A stretch of DNA of 64,000 nucleotides from positions 125,568 through 189,567 of the forward strand of contig CAZLEV010000001.1 of assembly GCA_964558645.1 (NCBI GenBank), in the 5' to 3' direction. A program made the translations under genes and the position numbers. This DNA comes from an uncultured archaeon (GTDB lineage: Archaea > Asgardarchaeota > Thorarchaeia > Thorarchaeales > Thorarchaeaceae). Each line of letters starts with the position of its first letter. The stretch's first letter is position 1. Positions 30,966-40,024 of this stretch are shown one piece after another. The notes beneath the pieces were generated by a model, which saw only the letters and a program-made list of their open reading frames with translations, did not search any database and was not told the DNA's origin.

Positions 30966-32477
30966 TCACCTCGTGAAATACTTCCTTCTTATCCAATTCA
31001 GGTCTCGACTGAACACATTCCTAATATCATCGATATCCATGGCCGCCATGTACATTCGGCTTGCTCCTAGCCCCCATGCCAACACTGTTTCTTTGATTCC
31101 CAAGGGATGGGTGACCTCTGGCCTGAAGATGCCTCCAGGTGCTACCTCAATCCAACCAAGTTTCTCGTGTTTTGCATACCCTTCGACGCTTGGTTCAGTG
31201 AATGGGAACTGTCCAGGTTTGAACCTCAGCTTCTTAATTCCCACGCTCTTGCATATCTCTCGGATATAGCCCATCAGGTCCCTCAACGTGAGCCCCTCGT
31301 CCCATATGATGCCTTCGCACTGGTCGAACTCTTGCCCATGGGTTGCACTGAGTGTTTCGGATCTGAAGTTGCGGTCGATGATGAACATCTTATGCGGAGG
31401 CTCGGCGTGGGTTGCCAAGTATCTGGCGGACACAGGTGTTGTGTGCGATCTCAAGCAGAGCCTTGTTGCAATCTCTCTGCTGAATGCGGCCTGCCACCCC
31501 GTAGAACCCGTGTTTCCTCCATCTTCATGAACTTCCTTGACTTGTTCGAAGTGATGTTCGTCAGGTATATCTCCATGGTCATAGGGTTCGTCTACGCGGA
31601 ACTGATCCTGTACTTCTCGGGCTACGTGGTCTTGAGGTACGAACAGCACGTCATTGTTCCAGAATTCAGTTTCAACATAAGGTCCCCACCATTCTGTGAA
31701 TCCAAGACTGATGAGCTCCTCCTTAAGCCAGTCAACGAATTCAGCATATGGATGTTTCCTACCTGCATTGATCGGTGGTGGAATGATCTCCATGTTGTAA
31801 GGTTTGAATCTCTTGCCTTGCCACTCTCGTGATGCAAGCATCCTTGGAGTCAGACTGAGTATATCTTCCTCTTCCGAACCAATCAGTGTTTCAGCTTTAG
31901 ATTTGTCAATCGCCAGAGAAGCAACGAATACCTTCTCTATGCTGGTTTCAACAAGGGTTCTTCCTTGGGCCTGGCGTAGCCCTTTTAGAAGCCCTTTTTC
32001 GATCTCAGTTACTCCATCACTGAGCAGGTTGAGCAGCTCCTGAACTGAGGAATCTATGTCCTCCTTCAGCAGTCCAAATACTGACTGCCCATCTCTCTTC
32101 GATATGCTCAGCCAACCGTTCTTCCGGCACCAATTGATTGCAATCCCCTTGGTCTTCTCGTTCAGGCCGGCGGCCGAAACAGCTGCATCCATATCCAGTG
32201 TTCCTCCAGCATCTTTCACCGCTTCGAAAAGTCGAACCTCCGGTAGCCCATCAGCTGCGTACTCAAGTCCTTCGTCGGTCAGCTCGTAGGATTCGACCTC
32301 TTGAATCTCCAAATTGACGAGTGACTTCTCGGCCAAAGAATTCAGGATTGACACGACTCTTTCTTTCCTGTCATTCATGCTCTTCGCCAATGATTCCGCC
32401 TGGGCTCTTCCGTCTATCTCCAGAAGCTCTAAGAGAATTCTTCTCTCTCCTTCTGTCAACTGGATGTCGTCAGTCAA
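30966..32477 (-). CDS. pheS: Phenylalanyl-tRNA synthetase alpha subunit (archaeal/eukaryal long form)
   Basis: PQDHVAR, LRSHTT, FDQCEG, FPFTEPS, GIFRPEV. Confidence 0.95.
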   Translation of the reverse strand: MTDDIQLTEGERRILLELLEIDGRAQAESLAKSMNDRKERVVSILNSLAEKSLVNLEIQEVESYELTDEGLEYAADGLPEVRLFEAVKDAGGTLDMDAAVSAAGLNEKTKGIAINWCRKNGWLSISKRDGQSVFGLLKEDIDSSVQELLNLLSDGVTEIEKGLLKGLRQAQGRTLVETSIEKVFVASLAIDKSKAETLIGSEEEDILSLTPRMLASREWQGKRFKPYNMEIIPPPINAGRKHPYAEFVDWLKEELISLGFTEWWGPYVETEFWNNDVLFVPQDHVAREVQDQFRVDEPYDHGDIPDEHHFEQVKEVHEDGGNTGSTGWQAAFSREIATRLCLRSHTTPVSARYLATHAEPPHKMFIIDRNFRSETLSATHGQEFDQCEGIIWDEGLTLRDLMGYIREICKSVGIKKLRFKPGQFPFTEPSVEGYAKHEKLGWIEVAPGGIFRPEVTHPLGIKETVLAWGLGASRMYMAAMDIDDIRNVFSRDLNWIRRKYFTR

Positions 32478-32889
32478 TATGATTCGAAACCCCTTGATGT
32501 GTCGGTTGATCGGGGATATGTACCTGGTGTGAACACAGTCCACGTGAGAAGTAGTCCCTTACCGGGCTGGAAGAAATTGGTAGTACATTCCACCGTTCAC
32601 CTGTAGACGTTTCAGGACTGGATGTTCCTTTTTAATCTGTCGTATCAAACAGCACCTCGGACATCCTCCCCGTTCTTCGACTGAAGGCATGCCTCCCCTG
32701 TTTGAGAAACGATAGCATGATGTACTGCCTTTTTCAACTCCTCGTCAGGCAAGGCACTATATTGGCGGGACGAGAGAGTGGCATGTCGCAATCTTAAAAT
32801 ACTGTGTACAGTTGGTTTGCTTCAGGCAGTTGCCCTCGGCAGACTCGTTCTGATGAAGCTCAACGGTTGACAGCATAGAGGCGAAAAGA

Positions 32890-33966
32890 TTGGACCTGAA
32901 GCGACTGAAGCTAAAGCGGAAGATAGCAGAACTAAATGAGCTGAAGGGTCGTCATAGCTCCTTTACCACTCTTTACGTTCCGCCCGATAAGAACTTGGTC
33001 GATGTTATCAACTTCGTCAAGGCTGAGCTGGCCGGTGCAGAGAACATCAAGAGCAAGACAAACCGGAAGAATGTTTCTGACAACCTCACTGCGATATTGA
33101 GCGAACTCACAAAGATTCCCGAGCTGCCCGAGAACGGAATTGCGTTTTTCTTCGGGATTCAAGAAGAAGGGGGTACTCAAGACGAGATCCGTGACATAGT
33201 TGTGCCTCCTGCCCCTATTTCTCAATTTGTGTATATCTGTGGCCGTGAATTCGTGACTGAGGAGCTCGAGAGCATGGTGGAGCCAAAGAGCCTCTCTGTC
33301 ATCGTCCTTATTGAGGGTGGCAAAGTCACGGTCGGCTATCTCCGCGGTAAACACATAGAACTTGTACGGGACGAGGATTTCTACATCATCGGAAAGACAC
33401 GCGCGGGAGGGCAGAGTGCTCGTCGATATGATCGTATTCGCGATGAGAAGATGCAGGACTTCTTCAAGTATGTCGCCGAATTGCTTGAGGATCTTCTCCT
33501 TGATAAGCTCGACCAAGTCGACGCCATAATACTTGGCGGAAATACGATTCGTGCGCAAGAGTTTCTTGAAAAGAGTGGGCTCGATTATCGCCTCAGAGAG
33601 AAGGTAGCAGATGCAATCATCTCCGTCGGAATGATTGATGAAACTGGGCTGTACCAAGCAGTCAAAGAGGCTTCGCGGATAATGCGTGAGACCGAGATAT
33701 ATGCCGAGCGCAAAGAATGGGATTCTTTCATGGAAGACCTGATGAAAGGCATGAATACCGTGACGTATGGGAAGAAGGAAGTAATGGAGGCTCTTGAGCA
33801 GGGGAGAATTGACACAATCATGATCTTGGAGGGACACGAGCTGTTAGATGAGCTGGTTCAAGAAGTGGAGAACTACGGCACAGATATCATGGTCTTTTCA
33901 AGCCAAACCGAATCAGGTGCCCAGCTCGAGTCGCTCGGCGGCGTTGCTGCTCGCCTGCGATGGTAG
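32890..33966 (+). CDS. prf1: Peptide chain release factor aRF1
   Basis: NIKS, YICG..F and GGQS motifs. Confidence 0.92.
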   Translation: MDLKRLKLKRKIAELNELKGRHSSFTTLYVPPDKNLVDVINFVKAELAGAENIKSKTNRKNVSDNLTAILSELTKIPELPENGIAFFFGIQEEGGTQDEIRDIVVPPAPISQFVYICGREFVTEELESMVEPKSLSVIVLIEGGKVTVGYLRGKHIELVRDEDFYIIGKTRAGGQSARRYDRIRDEKMQDFFKYVAELLEDLLLDKLDQVDAIILGGNTIRAQEFLEKSGLDYRLREKVADAIISVGMIDETGLYQAVKEASRIMRETEIYAERKEWDSFMEDLMKGMNTVTYGKKEVMEALEQGRIDTIMILEGHELLDELVQEVENYGTDIMVFSSQTESGAQLESLGGVAARLRW

Positions 33967-33976
33967 TGAACAAGTA

Positions 33977-34414
33977 CTACTCTCTCGGAGGTCTAGGTAG
34001 CTCGCTCAAGTTCACAATGTCTTCAATCCATGCAGCAAGATGGTCGGAGATATCCTCCATGTATCTCATCAGAGCTTCTTGGAATCTATGAAGCTTGTCT
34101 TGGTCCAGCTTTCCAGTCTTTGACTTGTAGTCATCAACCCGTCTGGGTAAACCCAATGCCCACTTCCTCAGGCTGACCTCGGCTTTTCGATCGGACAGGA
34201 TTCTTTTTGCAGTTCTATCTTTTCTCCAGGTTTCAATCAAATCCTCAACGAGACGCTGGACACCAATCAGCGCTGCAACAGCCTCTTTTGCATCATCCTT
34301 CTTGGCTCGATTACGGGTAGTATAGTATACTTCCTTCAGCTCGCGCTTTGCATTCATGACCTTGCCGAGGAAAGTCCTGAGTTCTCGCATGAGTGTCACA
34401 TGTGCTTTGACCAA
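33977..34414 (-). CDS. Hypothetical all-helical protein
   Basis: Charged helical ORF, basic N-terminus and acidic C-terminus, ends LSELPRPPRE; start 34414 or 34390. Confidence 0.6.
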   Translation of the reverse strand: MVKAHVTLMRELRTFLGKVMNAKRELKEVYYTTRNRAKKDDAKEAVAALIGVQRLVEDLIETWRKDRTAKRILSDRKAEVSLRKWALGLPRRVDDYKSKTGKLDQDKLHRFQEALMRYMEDISDHLAAWIEDIVNLSELPRPPRE

Positions 34415-34464
34415 GATTACTCTTTTGCATCTATTTCGGTTCATTCTGTTTTCTACAAGAAGCC

Positions 34465-35118
34465 CTAGATGGCCGAATATTGGCATCTGCCGTCCCGACT
34501 GAAGGGACAGATTATGCAGACGTTCCTATTTGATTTAGGCTCAGGTGTCTTGTTACGAAACCAGTAGTCATCCATCTTCTGCAATTGTGAAATAGTACGT
34601 GATGGTCTGAAGCTCTTGACCATAACAGAGGCATTTCTGCATCTAACACAGTTGGCGACATTTTTCTTCTGGCAGTTTTTCGCATGTTCTTGAAGGCAGT
34701 AGATCGTGACCAGTTTGGCAGAGCTGCACGAAACACCCGATTCCTGGAGGGCAAGAGCATAGAGACTTGCCTGGAAGAAATCTTCCTTCTGTGGTTCTCG
34801 CGGCAGAAATCTAGTTGGGTATTTCCTTTCAATAACCGCCTCGAGAATTCCCACTTGATTGAACCGCAAGACCGCCGCGTCGAATCTCCCTGTGTATCTA
34901 TGTGTCATTGAAATGACACTCTCTTCTGTGAAGAGACATCTTTTCTGGATTCTTTTAGAATCTTGTTCAAGGAATTCACGCAATGATATAGGCGACCGTG
35001 ATGCAGTCGCTATCACCCTCCGAATCCTCATAGTCGCACCGCCCGCCCTAATCACAGAGAGCGCGACAATCCCAATTATGAAGAATGCAAGGAGGACTAA
35101 GCTTGCTATTTCATTCAA
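34465..35118 (-). CDS. Membrane-anchored PD-(D/E)XK Cas4/AddB-like nuclease, catalytic half
   Basis: N-terminal TM; GRFD, IERK, QASLYA, C-terminal CIICPFSRDGRC. Confidence 0.7.
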   Translation of the reverse strand: MNEIASLVLLAFFIIGIVALSVIRAGGATMRIRRVIATASRSPISLREFLEQDSKRIQKRCLFTEESVISMTHRYTGRFDAAVLRFNQVGILEAVIERKYPTRFLPREPQKEDFFQASLYALALQESGVSCSSAKLVTIYCLQEHAKNCQKKNVANCVRCRNASVMVKSFRPSRTISQLQKMDDYWFRNKTPEPKSNRNVCIICPFSRDGRCQYSAI

Positions 35119-35375
35119 AGTAGTCCCTCCATCACCCAGAGAATGCCAGCTATTATCGTCAAGATGGCAACAACGACAAAGATCTTCTCATATTCGATGA
35201 AGTGCTGTTCTGCTGATGCTCTATCCGTCCCGTGGAGATGAGTGCCAACCCTCTGTGCTTGGCTGTTCGGAGCTCCGAACCTCAGTCGAAGATACAGTCG
35301 GTACTCGCAGAGATACTGAATTCTCAGCTCAGAGACCTGACGAAACCCTTTCATCTGTGTCCGCTTTGAAGGCAT
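35115..35375 (-). CDS. Small TM protein carrying the N-terminal motifs of Cas4-like nucleases
   Basis: VSELRIQYLCEYRLYL..GTHLH then a C-terminal TM; 4-nt TTGA overlap with the next gene. Confidence 0.6.
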   Translation of the reverse strand: MPSKRTQMKGFRQVSELRIQYLCEYRLYLRLRFGAPNSQAQRVGTHLHGTDRASAEQHFIEYEKIFVVVAILTIIAGILWVMEGLL

Positions 35376-35575
35376 GTCTCTCAAGCATGCTGTTCCTGAT
35401 ATACTCTCATAAGGTCCTATTTCTTCAAGTCTACCTCAAGAAAACAGCCGAAAATATGCGTCGAGTGAGGGGACAAACAAAAGAGCTTTATTTATATGAG
35501 TCGCAATAAGAGGACTACAAGTCCAGTCTTGCTGCAGCTGGATATGGGGAAAAACTAAGCAGGTGAATATTCAAG

Positions 35576-35992
35576 ATGTCCGAGTACGAAGGGGCCACAG
35601 CCGGTCGAGTCTTAACTTTTGATGAGAGTGAGAGTGTTGCCTTTCCAACTTCATTCAAGGAAGCGCTGGGTACAGACCGCGGGCTTATGGTGCTTGTACA
35701 CAAAGACCGTTTGATCAAAATCTTCCCGTTGGATGCCTCAGAAGTGAGCTACCTTTCTCTTGAGATTGGAAAACTCACGAATGATTTCCTAACGCGTCTT
35801 TCACAGATCTTCAAGAAGTCGGGCCTGATTGACCTGCTATTCTCTACTGGCGTCTGCTTGCGAGGAACTCGTTGTTTCTACGAATGCTATTTCTCACCCG
35901 AACAGCTGACTCTTTCACTGGACGAACTGAGAGACTCACTTGGAGAACTAGATGGGGTTAGGCGGGTCATAATCAAAGAAGTAGGGAAGTAG
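35576..35992 (+). CDS. AbrB-like plus ACT-domain putative regulator
   Basis: N-terminal D....V.FP..FKEALG swapped-hairpin pattern; C-terminal ACT-like LTRLSQIF...L.ELDGVRRV. Confidence 0.5.
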   Translation: MSEYEGATAGRVLTFDESESVAFPTSFKEALGTDRGLMVLVHKDRLIKIFPLDASEVSYLSLEIGKLTNDFLTRLSQIFKKSGLIDLLFSTGVCLRGTRCFYECYFSPEQLTLSLDELRDSLGELDGVRRVIIKEVGK

Positions 35993-36118
35993 TCCTTTAC
36001 ACACGCCATCCGGACACCATATTCTCATTTGAACGGCCCATTTCGAGTTATGCTGCAGATCACGAGGCCCAGAAGTTTGCGAGCTGATTATCCACTATCC
36101 CGAGAAACCTATATGAGG

Positions 36119-36142
36119 GCTTGATTTGACCACAAATCAAGC
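36119..36142. promoter_or_regulatory. Perfect 10-bp inverted repeat, candidate operator
   Basis: GCTTGATTTG-ACCA-CAAATCAAGC just downstream of AACCTATATG. Confidence 0.5.
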
Positions 36143-36195
36143 TGTGTCGTTGAAAAGAGCTTCATATCGTCCAACAGCCCCGGAGTGTTGCATGT

Positions 36196-36792
36196 TTGCA
36201 GGATGTCATACAGATTGTCACAGATTTGATTCTGGAGGGATATCTCGGCCTCTTCTTGGCTTGTTTCATAATCAATATGGTCCCATTTGTGAGCCCTAGC
36301 AATATGGTTCTAGCTGGCCTTGGGTCTCTGCTACTTCCTTGGATGCATTGGGTTTCAGTGGGGCTCATCGTCGCTCTGGCCGCTACACTCTCAAGTTTCA
36401 CCTACTATCTACTCATTCGGGGCTCGAGGGTTGCTCTCTCCGACAAGCAAATCGAACGACTTGACTCAGAACGAAGACGGATGGAGAAGTGGGGTTCGCT
36501 TGCTCTGTTCATTGCTGCAGCATCTCCTGTGCCCGACGATCCCCTGATAATATACGCTGGTTTCATCGAACACCCTATTCCCGCATATCTGATTAGCTTC
36601 TTCTCAGGCAAGGTTCTTGTTACACTCGCTGGAGCACTGATTGGGTACACCGTCGGCGGCCTCTTTGCGTCTTTGCCGATTGCCATCGGATCGATTGCGC
36701 TTACGGCCCTTCTTACGGGGTATCTCTTCAAGTGGAGGACGAAGAGCGAAGAGCCTGATCAGTTGCACGACATATTGGATGAGGCAATCTAA
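36196..36792 (+). CDS. DedA/VTT-family membrane protein
   Basis: GYLGLFL..N.VPF, KWGSLALFIAAASPVPDD, GK. Confidence 0.8.
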   Translation: MQDVIQIVTDLILEGYLGLFLACFIINMVPFVSPSNMVLAGLGSLLLPWMHWVSVGLIVALAATLSSFTYYLLIRGSRVALSDKQIERLDSERRRMEKWGSLALFIAAASPVPDDPLIIYAGFIEHPIPAYLISFFSGKVLVTLAGALIGYTVGGLFASLPIAIGSIALTALLTGYLFKWRTKSEEPDQLHDILDEAI

Positions 36793-36874
36793 CTCGTATC
36801 TGTTCCAAAAATGCAGTCAGACTGGATACTTCGCAACTCTTAAGAGCTCTGACGCGTGGGCTCGTTAAGCACCG

Positions 36875-37279
36875 GTGAGCAAGATGCCAGGTACAAGCAC
36901 GGTTGAAGTGAAATGTGTTAAGTGCGGTCATGTATACGAAACCGAGGTTATCGACCACATAGATCTCTCTCAGGACAGAGATCTCTACCGAAAGATTCAA
37001 CGTGGTAAGATTAATCGTGCACAATGCCCGAAGTGTCGGAAAGTCATGTACATGGATCGCAGTGTTGTTATCAACTTCGAACCATTGGACCTCATTGTTG
37101 TGTATGATCCCAATGCCAAAACGGCTGCAGCGAAGAAGGAGATTGAAGGCCAGTTTCGCAATGTCACCTCATTCAATGAAGTGCTTGAAGAGGTTGGCCA
37201 AGACGTTGAGTTCGAGGTCATTAGTGATCTCAAGAGCCTCAAGAAGCTCATGAAAGAGTACCTTAAGACCTACGGATAG
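36875..37279 (+). CDS. CpXC-domain zinc-binding protein
   Basis: CVKCG..E...ID....L...I..G.IN...CPKC. Confidence 0.7.
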   Translation: MSKMPGTSTVEVKCVKCGHVYETEVIDHIDLSQDRDLYRKIQRGKINRAQCPKCRKVMYMDRSVVINFEPLDLIVVYDPNAKTAAAKKEIEGQFRNVTSFNEVLEEVGQDVEFEVISDLKSLKKLMKEYLKTYG

Positions 37280-37282
37280 AGG

Positions 37283-38350
37283 TTATCTCTTTCGTTTTCC
37301 AAGAAGGAACTCTTCAACCCAGCGTTCAGCCTTGTACATCTTGGTTGCTCTAGGAGGTTTCTTGAATCCATAGGCGGAGATTGACTCGAGAGCTCCACCT
37401 ACACCTCTCTTGAGAGCGAGCTTGGCTGCGCGAATTGCATCAAGGAGAATCGGCCCTGCATTCGGTCCATCAGTGACTTCCATTCTGATATCAATCCTCA
37501 CTGGAGCCGCTCCAAACTGTCTTCCATTTATGTAGAAGTATGATTCTCTGCTATTATCCATGAATGGCACAAAATCGGACGAACCCGCCACCAATGGTGC
37601 TTCATACGGGAGGTCTTGACTTACGGCCTCGCTTTTCACGCGACGCTTTCTCATTCGCCCTCTGTAGTGTGAGTCAAGCGACTCCGCACCGCCACCAACA
37701 TCAAGCTGATAGCTTTCATCTACCCGTACACCGCGTGCAACGAGAAGTTGTAGTATATTCCTGTGAAGAATAGTTGACCCGAGCTGATCTTGGATATCAT
37801 CGCCAATCAAAGGTATGCCCCGTTCTTGAAACCGTTTTTCCCATTCAGGATCTGAGGCAATCGGAATAGGGGTCCCGTTGATGAATGCACAGCCTGCCTC
37901 AAGACATGCGTTGGCATAGAATGCAGTCGCCTGTACAGATGATCCCGGCAAGAGGTTGACTGCTATTTCTGCTCCCGTGCCATTCAGAACCTTCACAACA
38001 TCCGCTTCCGGAGTCTCAGCAACCTTGACCAACGCCCTCAGATTGTCGTCGATACCATCGTGGACCGGTCCTCGTAGCACTTTGACGCCTGTATTGGGAA
38101 CTTTAGCGAATCGCATGACATTATTCGGCTCGGCAAAGATGGCCTCTGAAAGATCAAGTCCGACCTTTGACTCCGTGACGTCAAATGCAGCTACGAACTC
38201 GATATCACTAACATGGATTCCTGCAAGGTCTGGATGACTCAGCCCGATGACCTCTTCCTCACTCTTGGCATCCTTGTAGTATTGCAGGCCCTGTACAAGT
38301 GCACTTGCACAGTTTCCTATCCCTATTAGCGCTACTCTAACCTTATCCAT
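37283..38350 (-). CDS. ino1: myo-Inositol-1-phosphate synthase
   Basis: GIGNCASALVQG, GDDIQDQLGSTILHR, YQLDVGG, DGPN. Confidence 0.9.
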   Translation of the reverse strand: MDKVRVALIGIGNCASALVQGLQYYKDAKSEEEVIGLSHPDLAGIHVSDIEFVAAFDVTESKVGLDLSEAIFAEPNNVMRFAKVPNTGVKVLRGPVHDGIDDNLRALVKVAETPEADVVKVLNGTGAEIAVNLLPGSSVQATAFYANACLEAGCAFINGTPIPIASDPEWEKRFQERGIPLIGDDIQDQLGSTILHRNILQLLVARGVRVDESYQLDVGGGAESLDSHYRGRMRKRRVKSEAVSQDLPYEAPLVAGSSDFVPFMDNSRESYFYINGRQFGAAPVRIDIRMEVTDGPNAGPILLDAIRAAKLALKRGVGGALESISAYGFKKPPRATKMYKAERWVEEFLLGKRKR

Positions 38351-38503
38351 TGGAGATTCCTCTTGGTCCAGCTCGTTGTTCGGCTTCGAGTGTTCGTCTG
38401 GTCTTATAAGTTGTTCTATGGTCATAGAATAGTATGCGGTTGTATGTGACTTTTTTGAGGCCGCGAGACCTTAGGAAATGCTTATGTGGGAAGCTGTGTG
38501 TAT

Positions 38504-38752
38504 AATGGGTTGGACGACGAATCGACAGACATGAGCTTCACAATTGGCCCGTCAGGGTGGGTCAACAGAAAGCTTCGTGGCCAGCGGCTGATCTGAATGT
38601 CCTTCTACAGGAGGTTCGGCTCTCACCAGATGGTTCAGAGAGAGGCTGTAGTGGCGCGGGATGTGGGGCTGAGATGACGTTTATCCAAAAGAATGGGTGT
38701 GTTTCATAGCCCGTAGGGCACAACGCACCAGTCGATTGTCGTCCACCTCATT
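38504..38752 (+). ncRNA. Unclassified stand-alone structured RNA (about 250 nt)
   Basis: About 21-bp terminal helix 38504-38526/38731-38752; internal hairpins with G-U pairs; GAAATGCTTATG about 25 nt upstream; no ORF. Confidence 0.65.
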
Positions 38753-38824
38753 CTCTGATGACCTCGTCTTGTGGCAAGAAGCGTAAAGCGTTCTCCATCA
38801 GATCTCGGACTCTGAATAGCTGAC

Positions 38825-40024
38825 CTATTCCTGGTGGTCAACACTCTGAGCCAGAAGACTAACCACATCGACGATGTCGATATCCGATTCGACGAGCTTG
38901 GCCCCCGACTTCAGGTTGTGCTCGCAGAACGGACAGGCCGTTGCCAAGACCTCCGCACCGGATTCTACTGCGTCTCTTACTCTGTATCCCCCAATGCGCT
39001 TTGCAAGGTCGGAATCGTAGGACCTGAGACCACCGCCTGCGCCGCAGCACATCGCCTGGTCATGGTGAGTCTCCATCTCAACCAACTCAACCCCCGGAAT
39101 AGACTTGAGAATGCTACGCGGACTATCATAGATACCAAGCTCGCGACCCATGTGGCAGGGATCGTGGTAAGTGACCGTGAGCTCCTTGTGCAGTGCCTGA
39201 GGTTTGAGCTTCCCCTCTTTGTTCAGCCTATCTGCGTATTCCACGATATGCAATACCTCCGGAATCTCAATTCCCATCTGGGGGTAGTCCTTTCGAAGGG
39301 TCTTCAAACACCCGGCGCAACTAACGATGATCTGCTTTGCACCAGTGGAACGTAGCATTGCCCCTACCCTCTTGGCGTTGCTCTCAGCCTCCTTTGTTCG
39401 TCCAGTCCTGAGCATGACTGAACCACAACAAGGCTCATCCTCCGTCACCGAGAAGTCCACGCCAGCTGCCTTGAGAATCCTTGCCGTATCCTTAGCCACA
39501 TCTGGTATCCGCATCCCAGCCGTGCACCCAACGAAATAGAGGGTTTCTCCTTTGCTTGGAATATCGAGTCCGAGTTGCTCGATCCACTTTCGTCTGACAG
39601 AATTGTCTTCGTCGTAGGGGTTGTCGTGAGAAATGATCTTCTCACTAATAGCATCTCTGACATCGTTTGGAATCTCATTCAAAATGTGTCGTACCTGCTC
39701 CAGCGCTTTAGCAGGTTCAAACTCTGATGGACAGATTGCTGTGCAATTGCCACACAGGGTGCATTGATAGAGGGATTCTGCGTTTTCTGGCGTCCTTTCA
39801 AGAATACCCTCCAGAAGACCAAGAGCCACCATGATCTTTCCTCGCATGAAGCTGGTTTCAAAGCCGCTCGAGTTCTTCCACACAGGACAGATTCCATCGA
39901 ATCCTCTACTCTCGTAGACTGCGTTCCTGCACAATCCGCAGCGTCTACACTGTAGGAGTTCCTCTTTCAGATAATCCAGCTCAATTTCCACCATTTTACG
40001 TAACTCTCTCTCTTTCGAAGTCAC
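38825..40024 (-). CDS. HdrD/GlcF-like Fe-S oxidoreductase (CCG domains)
   Basis: CRRCGLC, CTLCGNCTAICP, CCGS, YHDPCH, CCGAGGG, ACPFC. Confidence 0.9.
   Translation of the reverse strand: MTSKERELRKMVEIELDYLKEELLQCRRCGLCRNAVYESRGFDGICPVWKNSSGFETSFMRGKIMVALGLLEGILERTPENAESLYQCTLCGNCTAICPSEFEPAKALEQVRHILNEIPNDVRDAISEKIISHDNPYDEDNSVRRKWIEQLGLDIPSKGETLYFVGCTAGMRIPDVAKDTARILKAAGVDFSVTEDEPCCGSVMLRTGRTKEAESNAKRVGAMLRSTGAKQIIVSCAGCLKTLRKDYPQMGIEIPEVLHIVEYADRLNKEGKLKPQALHKELTVTYHDPCHMGRELGIYDSPRSILKSIPGVELVEMETHHDQAMCCGAGGGLRSYDSDLAKRIGGYRVRDAVESGAEVLATACPFCEHNLKSGAKLVESDIDIVDVVSLLAQSVDHQE

Noticed and set aside
32932-33837. 301-aa antisense ORF (also 31107-31832, 15733-16284, 18310-18897 and similar)
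   Set aside because: Shadow frames of well-supported genes on the opposite strand, with no motifs
34465-35375. CRISPR-Cas locus
   Set aside because: No repeat-spacer array, cas1 or cas2 in the window
38504-38752. SRP RNA
   Set aside because: No helix-8 CAGG..GGAA..AGCA motif on either strand, and shorter than archaeal SRP RNA
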